Shown here: in pieces, positions 31,027 to 41,419 of the stretch
Layout of the letters: every line of letters begins with the position of its first letter
Numbering within the stretch: the stretch's first letter is position 1
Source of the DNA: Calditrichia bacterium
GTDB lineage: Bacteria > Calditrichota > Calditrichia > JAJRVZ01
NCBI GenBank assembly: GCA_963777955.1
Contig: CAVZSQ010000022.1
Span: 959,021-1,023,020 of the forward strand
Reading direction: 5' to 3'
Length of the DNA: 64,000 bases
Notes under the pieces: generated by a model
What the model saw: only the letters and a program-made list of their open reading frames with translations
Databases searched by the model: none
Told to the model about the DNA's origin: nothing
Program-made: the position numbers and the translations under genes

Positions 31027-32468
31027 ATGAGCTTGTCCTGAATCTATACTTGATAGCTCTGCTGGTACTGGGCATCTTCAGTGTTGAAGCGCTCTACCTG
31101 GTCTACAGGTATTTGCGGGGGCGTAATAAAAAGAAAGCACAGCCAAGCGCCGATCACTTTCCACCGGTCACTATTCAGTTGCCTATTTACAATGAAGTAT
31201 ATGTAGCCAAACGCCTGATCCAGGCGGTGTGTGAATTGGAGTATCCTAAAGACAAACTGGAGATCCAGGTACTGGATGATTCAACCGACCAAACCCGCCG
31301 GATCTGCCGGGAACAGGTGGAGTTTTTCAGCCAGGCCGGTTTTGATATCCATTACCTGCACCGGCAGTTGCGCCAGGGCTTTAAAGCCGGTGCCTTGCAG
31401 GATGCACTCAGGGTAGCCCGGGGGGAGTTTATCGCGATCTTTGATGCCGATTTCCTGCCGCAAAAGGATTTTTTAAAAAAGACTGTTCCTTTTTTCAACG
31501 ATGAAAAAGTGGGCATGATCCAGACCCGCTGGGAGCATCTCAACGAAGAATTTTCATTTGTTACCAAAGCACAGGCCTTCGGGCTGGCCGGGCATTTTGC
31601 CATTGAACAAAACGGACGCAATGCGGCGGGGTATTTTATAAATTTTAACGGCACCGCCGGTATCTGGCGTAAAAGTTGTATCGAAGATGCAGGCAGCTGG
31701 CAGGCTGACACCCTGACTGAAGATCTTGATCTGAGTTACCGGGCCCAATTAAAGGGCTGGAAATTTCTGTTTCTGGATGATGTAGTTACTCCTTCAGAAC
31801 TGCCTGCCGAAATTAATGCCTTAAAAAGCCAGCAATATCGCTGGACCAAAGGTGCCGTGGAAACAGCCCGCAAGATCCTGCCGCGTCTGTGGAAAAGCAA
31901 ACTGCCCTTCGGCTTGAAAATACATTCCACCTTGCATCTGACCAGCAATATGAGTTATCCCTTTTTACTGATTTTAGCATTATTGAATTTACCTTTCGTG
32001 ATCATCAAACGGCATTTCCCTGACTCATCGCTTTATACTTTAATCTTCACTTTCTTTGCGATCTCTTTCACCGCCTCATTCATTTTTTATGCTGTCTCGC
32101 AAAAGTCCCTGTACAACGATTGGAAAAAGCGCTTACTGTTGTTCCCGGTATTCATGTCCGGCAGCATGGGATTTTCTGTCAACAATACCAAAGCGGTGGT
32201 AGAAGGATTATTAAAACTCAGTACACCTTTCATTCGTACGCCCAAATATAAATTAATCGGCCGGGATGGAACGATTCATAATAAATCTTACCGGCCCACC
32301 CTCGATAAAACAGTGATCGTCGAAATTATCATGGCTATCTATAGTTGCATCGGCATTATTTTTTCGCTTTATTATCGCGAGTTGGGAATACTGCCGTTTA
32401 TGCTGATGTTTTTTACCGGTTATAGTTTGATCGGCTATCTGTCAATCAAACATGCTTTGAAACATTAA
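31020..32468 (+). CDS. GT2 processive glycosyltransferase (cellulose-synthase-like)
   Basis: QLPIYNE, FDADF, LTEDLDL, QQYRW; N- and C-terminal TM helices. Confidence 0.88.
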   Translation: MLNELVLNLYLIALLVLGIFSVEALYLVYRYLRGRNKKKAQPSADHFPPVTIQLPIYNEVYVAKRLIQAVCELEYPKDKLEIQVLDDSTDQTRRICREQVEFFSQAGFDIHYLHRQLRQGFKAGALQDALRVARGEFIAIFDADFLPQKDFLKKTVPFFNDEKVGMIQTRWEHLNEEFSFVTKAQAFGLAGHFAIEQNGRNAAGYFINFNGTAGIWRKSCIEDAGSWQADTLTEDLDLSYRAQLKGWKFLFLDDVVTPSELPAEINALKSQQYRWTKGAVETARKILPRLWKSKLPFGLKIHSTLHLTSNMSYPFLLILALLNLPFVIIKRHFPDSSLYTLIFTFFAISFTASFIFYAVSQKSLYNDWKKRLLLFPVFMSGSMGFSVNNTKAVVEGLLKLSTPFIRTPKYKLIGRDGTIHNKSYRPTLDKTVIVEIIMAIYSCIGIIFSLYYRELGILPFMLMFFTGYSLIGYLSIKHALKH

Positions 32469-32485
32469 TTAAGGGGAAAGATGCG

Positions 32486-33637
32486 GTGCAGAAACGCATA
32501 GAAAAAATAGAGAAAATTCTGGCCAGTAAAAATCTGGAGGTCATGTTTGCCCGGATTGCCTCCAATTTGTTGAAGCGTGAGAATCTGGAGGAAGCCATTC
32601 AGATTTGTGAACATGGCCTGAAGAAATTTTCTACTTATGCCCAGGGTCATTATATCCTGGCCAAATGTTATCAACGCAAGGGCCTGACTGAAGATGCCCG
32701 GGCTGAATTTGAACGCGCCCTGAAATTTGATTTCACGCATATCAATAGCATGCGGGAACTGGCTAAAATCTATAAGGCAGCGGGTCTTGAAGATTATTAT
32801 AAGGACTATTTGTTAAAACTTTTTGTGATTGATCCTCTGAATAATGAAATCGCCACTGAAGTTAAAGCGGCCGGTGTATATGATGCCTGGATTACCCAGG
32901 AGGATGCTGCGCACCGGGTGAAACCTCTGCAGTCCGGACCGGCTGAGGAGGCATTACCGAACCCGGAACAAAATACTGCCCGGGTCAGCGAGCCTGCGGA
33001 TAAAAAATCTGACCGGCCGACGGATAATATCTATAACCGGGATAAAATGGATCTCAGCCAGTTTAATAATATGCGCGATGATTTTACTACCATACTGCAG
33101 GGCAGGCAGTCTCAGGCAGAACAGATTGCCGGTGCTGAAATTCTGCCTGCGGCGGCAAATGGGCAGGCGGATTGGACTGAAGATATAACAATTTCCTATG
33201 GTGACGACGCGGTCCAGGCTGGGCAGAAGGGCAGCGGTAATGCCGAGAACGCGGGACAAGAAATTGAAACTGCAGTACAGGATTTAAGTTTTGATGAAGA
33301 AACCGATAAGATCATTGAAACAGAGCAGGCTAAGGAACTGGTCGAAGATACTACTCAGATTTCTCTCAATTTTCCGGGAGAGTCCGTACCCCAGACAGAT
33401 GCGCAGATAAAATCTGTGCTGCCTGATGAAGAGGAAGAGGATTTACCTTTTAAACCGCCGAAAATAATCAGCCAGACCCTGGGAGAAATTCTGGTATCGC
33501 AGAAAAAATATGTGGAAGCCCTGGAGGTTTTCAGGGTCCTGAAACAGAAAAATCCCGATAATAAAAATTATGATAAAAAAATCGAGTTTCTGCAAAAGAT
33601 CATCGTACTGGAAAAAGATCAACAGCATGAGGTATAA
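32486..33637 (+). CDS. TPR protein with acidic linker
   Basis: N-terminal TPR-like helices, acidic low-complexity middle, C-terminal SQTLGEILVSQKKY helix. Confidence 0.75.
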   Translation: MQKRIEKIEKILASKNLEVMFARIASNLLKRENLEEAIQICEHGLKKFSTYAQGHYILAKCYQRKGLTEDARAEFERALKFDFTHINSMRELAKIYKAAGLEDYYKDYLLKLFVIDPLNNEIATEVKAAGVYDAWITQEDAAHRVKPLQSGPAEEALPNPEQNTARVSEPADKKSDRPTDNIYNRDKMDLSQFNNMRDDFTTILQGRQSQAEQIAGAEILPAAANGQADWTEDITISYGDDAVQAGQKGSGNAENAGQEIETAVQDLSFDEETDKIIETEQAKELVEDTTQISLNFPGESVPQTDAQIKSVLPDEEEEDLPFKPPKIISQTLGEILVSQKKYVEALEVFRVLKQKNPDNKNYDKKIEFLQKIIVLEKDQQHEV

Positions 33638-33694
33638 AAAAAACTGTGATTGAGCGGTTGACGATAAGCCTGAAAACCGCAGCGGGAGGCTAAA

Positions 33695-34366
33695 TTGAAT
33701 CGACCCATGCGCATGAAGCGCATCATCAAATATCTGGATACACGTATAGTGGCCGTGACCGGGGGGATCGGCAGCGGGCAAAGTTCGGTTTGTGCCGTGC
33801 TGGCCAGCCAGGGGTGTAAAGTGATCGATGTCGATCTGCGGGCCAGGCAGATCATCGGGAAAGATACAGCCCTGCAACAGGAGTTAAAGAGATCTTTCGG
33901 CAATGATATATTTGATGAACAGGGACAATTAAAACGGCGTTTATTAGCCTCGCTGGTCTTTAGCGATGCGGACAAAACACGGCGGCTGAATCGCCTGGTT
34001 CACCCGCACATGGTACCCGAAATCGTCGAAGAAATGGAAGAAGCCCGCTTTTCCCAGCGCTACCCGCTGGTAGTAGTGGATGCGGCTTTGATTTTCGAAT
34101 TAAATATGGAGAAAATGTTCGAAGCAGTTATAGTGGTTCATGCGAACCTGGAAACCAGAATTCAACGGGCAATGAACCGGGACGGCCAGAGTCACGCCGA
34201 AATCATGGCCCGGATCCAGCAGCAAATTCCTCTGGAAGATAAAATTCACTGGGCCACCTTTCAGATCGATAATAATGGTTCACTGGAAGATCTGAAAAAA
34301 CAAACCTTGAATGTGTTTGAAAAATTAACTGCTGATTTACGAATGGAAAAAAGAATCCGTATTTGA
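33695..34366 (+). CDS. coaE: Dephospho-CoA kinase
   Basis: VTGGIGSGQS P-loop-like motif, LNRLVHP, IDNNGS. Confidence 0.88.
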   Translation: MNRPMRMKRIIKYLDTRIVAVTGGIGSGQSSVCAVLASQGCKVIDVDLRARQIIGKDTALQQELKRSFGNDIFDEQGQLKRRLLASLVFSDADKTRRLNRLVHPHMVPEIVEEMEEARFSQRYPLVVVDAALIFELNMEKMFEAVIVVHANLETRIQRAMNRDGQSHAEIMARIQQQIPLEDKIHWATFQIDNNGSLEDLKKQTLNVFEKLTADLRMEKRIRI

Positions 34367-34393
34367 AAACGGAAACACTTATTCAGTCTGCAA

Positions 34394-34852
34394 ATGGACT
34401 CTAAAAAAATCCCTATAAAAGATTTTATTTCCCGTCTGGAGAATAATGGCAATGCCATCCTGAAGGATTGCATCAGGAAGAATACACAATTCAGCACGCA
34501 CTTTATAATGCAAAGAATCATCGCCCAAAATGAAAACCGGCTCAAAATCCTGCAGAAGGATAAAACCATCATTGCCAAGCCGCTGCTTCCGGAAAATTGG
34601 ATTGTACAACAGAACTGGGCCCAAATCAGGTCAGAATTAAAAAGCGGCTTCGATCTGGAGAATCTGAATTTTTTGGAAGCCAATCAGCTGGCCATACGGC
34701 TTAATGAGTATATGATCGGGATCTATCAGGCGATCCGCTTGAAAAGTTCCAATGCTGCAGTAAAAAAAGTACTTGGCGCGATAATCAGGCGAATAAGCAG
34801 TACAAATAACAAATTAAAAAAAGAACATCTGCGCCTGAGTGCGGAATCCTGA
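34394..34852 (+). CDS. Hypothetical helical protein
   Basis: ORF in operon context; no family recognised. Confidence 0.55.
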   Translation: MDSKKIPIKDFISRLENNGNAILKDCIRKNTQFSTHFIMQRIIAQNENRLKILQKDKTIIAKPLLPENWIVQQNWAQIRSELKSGFDLENLNFLEANQLAIRLNEYMIGIYQAIRLKSSNAAVKKVLGAIIRRISSTNNKLKKEHLRLSAES

Positions 34853-34873
34853 TTTATTTGCGGAAAGATATAT

Positions 34874-35723
34874 ATGATCATTGGTGCTCATGTCTCCATT
34901 GCCGGCGGGGTTGAGAACTCTATCGTGCAGGCCCGGCAACTTGGCTGTGAAACATTCCAGATATTTACCAAAAATCAGAATCAGTGGCGTGAAAAAGAAT
35001 ACACGCCGGATCAGATCGAAACCTTCCGCAATGATTTATCCAAAAGTAAAATCCAGGCCGGGTTGCTGGCGGCTCATAACAGTTATCTGGTAAATTTATG
35101 TTCACCCCAACAGGATCTGCTGGACAGGTCGCGGCTGGCATTTTTAAATGAAGCGCGGCGTTGTGCTGCTCTGGGGATTACCTATCTTATTTTCCATCCC
35201 GGTTCACACATGGGCGGGGGAGAGGAATGGGGAATAAAAAAGATTGCCGAGAGCATTAACTATGTACTGCAAGAACTGAAAACCAAACAGGTGATCCTGC
35301 TGCTGGAGACAACCGCCGGCCAGGGCACTAATCTGGGCTATCGGTTCGAACAGTTGCGCCAGATCATGGACAGGGTAGACCAGCCGGAACAGATTGGCCT
35401 GTGCGTAGATACCTGTCATATCTTTGCGGCCGGTTATGATATCCGGCAACAGCAGGGCTATGAGACTGACCTTCGGCCGGCTGGAAGCGGAGTTGGATTT
35501 AAACAAGGTAATGGCTTTTCATCTCAATGATTGTAAGAATGATTGCGGATCACGGGTGGATCGTCATGAAAGAATCGGCCAGGGCAAAATCGGACCGCAG
35601 AGCTTTCGTTTACTCATGCAGGACAACAGGTGGCAAAAACTCCCGGGATTTCTTGAAATACCCGGTGGCGATGACGCTTTTAAGCAGGATATTAAAAAAT
35701 TGAAGAGACTGCGTAGAAAATAA
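34874..35723 (+). CDS. nfo: Endonuclease IV (frameshift near 35470)
   Basis: GAHVSIAGG, FHPGSH, ETTAGQG, DTCHIF, HLND, DRHE. Confidence 0.9.
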
Positions 35724-35725
35724 AG

Positions 35726-37111
35726 TTATTGTGTATATTCCAGGCGCTTTTTCAATTCGAGTATTTTCTTTTTAAACATATCGTCCGCTTTCATCTTATC
35801 CTGGATGGATCTATGGGCATAGATTACCGTGGCGTGATCCCGTCCGCCAAAATGCAGACCAATCGTAACCGTGGAATGATGGGTCAATTCCACACATAAA
35901 TACATGGCAGCCTGGCGGGCCAGCGCGATATGCTTCTTGCGGTCCTTTTTCATGAATCTTTCCTGAGGCACGTCAAAACTTTTGGAAGTCATCTGAATGA
36001 TCTGTTCGATCGAGAGTTGATGGGACTGCGGTTTACCGATTTCGTTGACCACCCGCCGTGCAATATCCATGGTAGGTTCGGTATGTGTCAAAAGTACCTG
36101 GGCCATGATCCGGGTCAAAGCCCCCTCCAGTTCGCGAACATTATGGACCAGATTGACAGCCAGGTATTCGACTATGTCCTCGGGAATAACTAATTCATTC
36201 TCTTCGCATTTTTTGCGCAGGATGGCGATGCGTGTCTCCAGGTCGGGTGGTTGTATATCGGCTACCAGGCCCCATTGAAAACGGGAGACCAGGCGTTCTT
36301 CCAGAAATCCAAGTTCCGAGGTGGGACGGTCTGAGGTCAATACAATTTGTTTTTGTTTCTGGTGTAATTCATTGAAGGTGTGAAAAAATTCCTCCTGGGT
36401 TTTACCTTTATTATTAAAAAATTGTATATCATCTATGATCAAAACATCACAGGAACGGTAAAAATTTGAAAAATCGATCGCTTTGTTCTGTTGGATAGAC
36501 GATATGAAATGGCTGGTGAAACTCTCACTGGAAGTATAATAAACTTTGAGGTAGGGACGCTGGCGCCGTACTTCATTACCAATCGAATGGATCAGGTGGG
36601 TCTTGCCCAAACCGGTCCCGCCGTAAATTATCAGTGGATTATAATTGGTGCTGCCGGGTGATACTGCCACAGCACTACCTGCAGCGTGAGCAAAACGGTT
36701 TCCGTCACCCACCACAAAACTCTCGAAGGTATAATTAGGGTTCAAATTGGTTTCGATACGTGGAGTCGGTTTGACCGAGGCCGCAGAATATTCTTTTATC
36801 GATTGCTGGGAGTACGGTGAAAAAGGACGCTTATCGATAATCTCGTAAAAAATATTAAGAGATTTACCGGTTACCTGGGCAACGGCGTTCTGCAGAAGTT
36901 TGAGATAATGGTTATCCAGCCATTCGCAGAAAAATTTATTTGGCACACCGATGATAATTGAACTTTCATTGAGGGCAATAGCCTTTAAAGGTGAAAACCA
37001 GGTTTGAAAACTGCGTGGATTAACATTCTCTTTTATAATTTCCAGACTCTTGCACCAGACTTCATCATGATTTTGAGGCAGCGCTTCAAGGCTACTACGC
37101 AAATTCTGCAT
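35726..37111 (-). CDS. dnaA: Chromosomal replication initiator DnaA
   Basis: YTFESFVVG, GGTGLGKTHL, IDDIQF, NVRELEGAL, GGRDHATV. Confidence 0.97.
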   Translation of the reverse strand: MQNLRSSLEALPQNHDEVWCKSLEIIKENVNPRSFQTWFSPLKAIALNESSIIIGVPNKFFCEWLDNHYLKLLQNAVAQVTGKSLNIFYEIIDKRPFSPYSQQSIKEYSAASVKPTPRIETNLNPNYTFESFVVGDGNRFAHAAGSAVAVSPGSTNYNPLIIYGGTGLGKTHLIHSIGNEVRRQRPYLKVYYTSSESFTSHFISSIQQNKAIDFSNFYRSCDVLIIDDIQFFNNKGKTQEEFFHTFNELHQKQKQIVLTSDRPTSELGFLEERLVSRFQWGLVADIQPPDLETRIAILRKKCEENELVIPEDIVEYLAVNLVHNVRELEGALTRIMAQVLLTHTEPTMDIARRVVNEIGKPQSHQLSIEQIIQMTSKSFDVPQERFMKKDRKKHIALARQAAMYLCVELTHHSTVTIGLHFGGRDHATVIYAHRSIQDKMKADDMFKKKILELKKRLEYTQ

Positions 37112-37493
37112 CTTTCTACTCTCCGGACTTATTCACAAAGGCCATGTCTGTAAGGAATTTAATGTAAGGCATTAACTTTTGATGGTTTTATAATTTTATG
37201 TCAATAGATCTGAACACTAAGTCATTACTCTTGAACAACTTATAAATTGCATTTTCTTTTCTGGATGGAAATTTTTTCTTATTTTAGTTTGGCAATTGTG
37301 AATAACTGAAAAGATATTCACAATTTACTGACAACACATATTTCAATTATAAATATTTTAACAAGCAATAAATAAGAATCAAGTTTTTTGATTATAATTT
37401 TTATTTTTTTAGGTTTCACGTTAAACCTTGAATAAGTTTTTTTTAAAGATACGGTATATAAATAACAATAAAAAATTAAAAGGAGAAAATTAA
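37112..37493. promoter_or_regulatory. AT-rich dnaA upstream region with DnaA boxes (oriC candidate or autoregulatory promoter)
   Basis: TTATTCACA 37129-37137, TGTGAATAA 37297-37305, ATATTCACA 37314-37322. Confidence 0.6.
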
Positions 37494-37877
37494 ATGCCGG
37501 GAAAAATTTTACTCTCAACCAATGCTCCCGAACCGATTGGTCCATACAGCCAGGCCATTCAGATTGATAAATTTATTTTTACATCAGGACAGATCGCCAT
37601 AAATCCTGAAACTGGCAGCATCGCATCAGCAGATATCACCGGTCAAACCAGGCAAGTTCTGGAAAATTTATCGGCAGTCCTGCAAGCTGCGGGAGTGTCT
37701 CTGGGTAATGTAATCAAGACTACCATCTTTCTAAAAGATATGAATGACTTTTCCGGGATGAACGAGATCTATGGGAACTATTTTAACAAGGTGCTGCCGG
37801 CCCGTTCGACGGTTCAGGCAGCACGTCTGCCAAAAGATGCGTTGATTGAGATTGAGTGTATTGCATATGTAAGTTAG
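37494..37877 (+). CDS. ridA: RidA family enamine/imine deaminase
   Basis: PIGPYSQA, FTSGQI, PARSTV, IEIECIA. Confidence 0.9.
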   Translation: MPGKILLSTNAPEPIGPYSQAIQIDKFIFTSGQIAINPETGSIASADITGQTRQVLENLSAVLQAAGVSLGNVIKTTIFLKDMNDFSGMNEIYGNYFNKVLPARSTVQAARLPKDALIEIECIAYVS

Positions 37878-38140
37878 GGACAAAGGCACAAAAAGAGGGA
37901 CAAAGAGACAGAGAGGACAAAGAGACAGAGTAGACAAAGATAGTAGACCTGGGAAGATCTGCCGCCAGGCAGTCTTAGTCCCAGAGAAATGACCTTTATT
38001 CTGTCCTCCCGGGCATGTCGAAGACCTGGCGCCATGCCTGACGGCAGGCAGGCAGACAGGAGCCGGGATCTATCTAGAGCAGAACAAAAAGACATCCCCT
38101 CTGGAGAGGGAATCTCCGTCTAAGCGGGAGGGGGTATGTG
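37876..38140. repeat. Composite repeat tract
   Basis: GACAAAG/GACAGAG tandem units, then TGCCTGACGGCAGGCA and CCCTCTGGAGAGGG palindromes. Confidence 0.55.
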
Positions 38141-38287
38141 GCAAAAGGGTAACGATAAAAATAAAATCTTTTTAATATGCCTTTAGTGATTTTTTTTGTA
38201 AACTAAATTTTAGAATTAATTTCAATTTCAGATCAACTGAAATAAGAAGGGGAATAATAATCGTATAACGAAAGGGCGGATGGCACG

Positions 38288-39169
38288 TTGACAAATTATA
38301 AAATTATCGTGAATCCACACGCCTGCCGCGGCAAGGGCAGGGTAGTCGGAAAAATCGTCGAAGAACTTTGCCGCTCCCGGGCACTGGATTATAATCTGGA
38401 ATATACCAGCCGGCCTTATCAGGCCAGTGAAATTGCCGAGCGGGCCTGTCAAAAATTCGAGTGTGTTGTTGCTGTGGGCGGCGACGGGACGATTAACGAG
38501 GTCGTCAACGGAATTATCGGGAAAAAAATAAAGCTGGGTATTATACCCATTGGCAGTGGTAATGATTACGTAAAACTGCTAAACATTCCCATGCGGGTAC
38601 AACAGGCCTTTGACTGCCTGCTGCAGCAGAAGACACGAATTGTGGATGCCGGGCAGGCAGGGGATGTATATTTTGCCAATGGGCTGGGTATAGGTTTTGA
38701 CGCCTGGGTGGTCATCACCAGCCAGAAAGTTAAGAAATTGCGCGGAAGCGCTATTTATCTTTATTCGGTATTGCGAACTATGTATAGTTATAAATCACCC
38801 TGGATGCGCCTGACCTTTAATGATTCGGTTCTGGAAAACAAAATGTTTATGATCACTGTAGGGAACGGAGTCAGCCTGGGGGGTGGATTTAAACTGACTC
38901 CTTTCGCCAAACTGGACGACGGTCTGTTTGATTTGAACATTGTCAGTGATCTGACCAAAATTGAGATCATTCGAAATTTGATTGGTGTATATTCCGGAAA
39001 ACATATCAATATGCCGCAGGTCAAGACAGGCCGGACTGCTGAAATCCTGATTGAATCGGATCAGGACCTGGTGGCCCATGTTGACGGTGAATTGATTCGA
39101 AAATCAGTCAAATCACTGCATGTACAACTTTTACCCCAAGCCCTGGAAGTAATCGTACCTGATGCCTAA
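38288..39169 (+). CDS. Diacylglycerol/lipid kinase family protein (YegS/DgkB-like)
   Basis: IVNP, GGDGTINEV, GSGND, GFDA, DGE. Confidence 0.9.
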   Translation: MTNYKIIVNPHACRGKGRVVGKIVEELCRSRALDYNLEYTSRPYQASEIAERACQKFECVVAVGGDGTINEVVNGIIGKKIKLGIIPIGSGNDYVKLLNIPMRVQQAFDCLLQQKTRIVDAGQAGDVYFANGLGIGFDAWVVITSQKVKKLRGSAIYLYSVLRTMYSYKSPWMRLTFNDSVLENKMFMITVGNGVSLGGGFKLTPFAKLDDGLFDLNIVSDLTKIEIIRNLIGVYSGKHINMPQVKTGRTAEILIESDQDLVAHVDGELIRKSVKSLHVQLLPQALEVIVPDA

Positions 39170-39932
39170 AACTTTCTTACCGCTGATTCTGATCGTTGTA
39201 CTGTATGCGACGGCTGTTACAGGTCAGAGGATTGATACCGGCAGCGATTCGCTGGCCCAGCTGACCGATGCCGACACTATAGCACTGGTTAAAACCAAAT
39301 TGTGGCCGGCGTTGATCCGTTCGGCAATTGTACCCGGCTGGGGCCAGATTGAACAGGAACATCCCGGACGTGCTGCAGTTTTTTATGGCCTGAGTATCTA
39401 CCTGATGTACAACCTGGCCTGGAATTATTGGCAATATGATAAAACCGGGGAGCATGCTTACTGGCAAACTGCCTCGCGCTATGCCATAGTCTATGCCCAG
39501 ATTAATGCCTTGAATATGATAGACGTTGTACACAGTTATGTTTTTCATCAAGACCAGCCCTGGCCAGGAAAATTATTCTCCGATCTTCCGGTGAAATCTC
39601 CCTGGGGGGCGGTTGCCCGCTCAGCGATGTTGCCCGGCTGGGGACAATTATATAATGAAAAGTATATTAAATCGCTTATCTCTTTGGGGATCTGCTTTGA
39701 TTTTGCCCGCAAAGTCTATGTCTTTAATCAAAGATATCAGCACTCCGGAAGAAAATACTATCTGGACCGGCGCCAGGTAAACAGTTGGTATCTGGGTCTT
39801 TTTTATGCTCTGAATATGGTCGATGCTTATGTTGATGCCTACCTGTTTAAATTTGATGATATGATGAGACTGACTATAGCCTACTCAGGTCCGGATCGGG
39901 TTCCCCTGATCGGAGTACATGTTGAATTTTAA
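39162..39932 (+). CDS. Tandem DUF5683-like protein
   Basis: Two RSA(I/M)(V/L)PGWGQ repeats; NMVDAYVDAYL. Confidence 0.75.
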   Translation: MPKTFLPLILIVVLYATAVTGQRIDTGSDSLAQLTDADTIALVKTKLWPALIRSAIVPGWGQIEQEHPGRAAVFYGLSIYLMYNLAWNYWQYDKTGEHAYWQTASRYAIVYAQINALNMIDVVHSYVFHQDQPWPGKLFSDLPVKSPWGAVARSAMLPGWGQLYNEKYIKSLISLGICFDFARKVYVFNQRYQHSGRKYYLDRRQVNSWYLGLFYALNMVDAYVDAYLFKFDDMMRLTIAYSGPDRVPLIGVHVEF

Positions 39933-40348
39933 ATTATCCGGCTGCGCAAGCCTGATCATCCTGGCGCTATACCTGACTCCGTTCTGGTCAGCACCAGCTT
40001 GTGCTCAGGATTCTACCCGCCAGGAGGTGATTATCCATCTGCAAACCTCTGCCGATCGACCGACCTGTACCGCTAGTCCGCCATGCCGATTTATGGTATG
40101 CCGATGATAAACTCAGACATGTGCTGAGCAGTTTTATTTCCACAACCTTATTGACTCAGGTAGGCAGCCGCAGTATCGAATGGAAAAAACGGGATGCAAA
40201 AATTTACGCTGCGGGAACTACAATGAGTCTTGGTTTCGTTAAAGAATTATATGACCGGCGCAAGCCGGGAAACCATTTCTGCTGGAAAGATCTGGCAGCT
40301 GATGCCGCCGGAGTGTTGATTGGACTGGTAATAGCGGAAATCAAATAA
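39919..40348 (+). CDS. YfiM/DUF2279-like exported protein (frameshifted)
   Basis: DLWYADDKLRH, KELYD, WKDLAAD motifs across frames. Confidence 0.6.
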
Positions 40349-40349
40349 A

Positions 40350-41399
40350 ATGCACGACCAATTACATGAATATATAGGAGCTGTTCATATACATTCCACC
40401 TATAGCGACGGCTCTGACACCATTCCCGAAATTGCCGGGATCGCCGGTGAGGTGGGATTGGATTTTATAATGTTCAGCGATCATCACACCCTGCAACCGA
40501 AACGTGATCAGCTGGAAGGATGGTACAATGGGGTGCTGGTAGCGATTGGTTATGAGATCAACGATGCGGCGGACGAAAATCATTATCTGGCTTTTAATCT
40601 GGATGATGAGATTCCCGGAGAGTATGCGCCTTTAGAATATGTCCAGGCGGTAGCCGATCGCGGCGGGTATGGGATTATTGCGCATCCCGATGAAAAACAC
40701 CGGCCCATTAAACAATATCCACCCTGTCCCTGGAAAGTCTGGGAGTCCGACTGTTACAACGGCATTGAGATCTGGAACCAGATGTCGGAATGGATGGAAG
40801 GATTAAACCATTTTAACAAGTACTGGCGGGCCTTTAATCCTCGAAGAACTGTGCTCAGTCCTTCTACGGAAACTCTGCGAAAGTGGGATGAGGCCAACCG
40901 CTTACGGCGGGTGGTCGGGATCGGCGGCGTTGATGCTCATGGTCATATATATAGATTGTGGGGATTTTTCCAGGTAACCATCTTCCGTTATAAAGTTTTG
41001 TTAAAAACTATCCGCACGCATATTATTACCGATCGGGCTCTGGCCGGGGAGGGTGGTGCCTACCAGCAGGATATTCAGAACCTCTTTTCCAATATGTTCG
41101 CCTGTCATTGTTTTGTTTCCAATTATTATATCGGCGATGCGCGGGGATTCCGCTTCTGGGCCGAAAATGACCATAACAAGGTAATTGTGGGGGATGAATT
41201 AAAATTTGATAAGTATACTCATCTCCATGTAAATTTACCGCAATCGGCTCAGGTCCATTTAATTAAGGATGGTAAAAAAATTGCAGTGCAAAAAGGCCAG
41301 CAATTGGTGTTTGAAAGCAGCGGACCGGGATTGTACAGGGTCGCAGCATATTCATTCAACCGGCCCTGGATTTTTTCGAATCATATTAGAATAAAATAA
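40350..41399 (+). CDS. PHP-domain metallohydrolase
   Basis: HIHSTYSDG, SDHH, AHP, GVDAH. Confidence 0.85.
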   Translation: MHDQLHEYIGAVHIHSTYSDGSDTIPEIAGIAGEVGLDFIMFSDHHTLQPKRDQLEGWYNGVLVAIGYEINDAADENHYLAFNLDDEIPGEYAPLEYVQAVADRGGYGIIAHPDEKHRPIKQYPPCPWKVWESDCYNGIEIWNQMSEWMEGLNHFNKYWRAFNPRRTVLSPSTETLRKWDEANRLRRVVGIGGVDAHGHIYRLWGFFQVTIFRYKVLLKTIRTHIITDRALAGEGGAYQQDIQNLFSNMFACHCFVSNYYIGDARGFRFWAENDHNKVIVGDELKFDKYTHLHVNLPQSAQVHLIKDGKKIAVQKGQQLVFESSGPGLYRVAAYSFNRPWIFSNHIRIK

Positions 41400-41419
41400 G
41401 TAAATCTGGATTTGTACCT

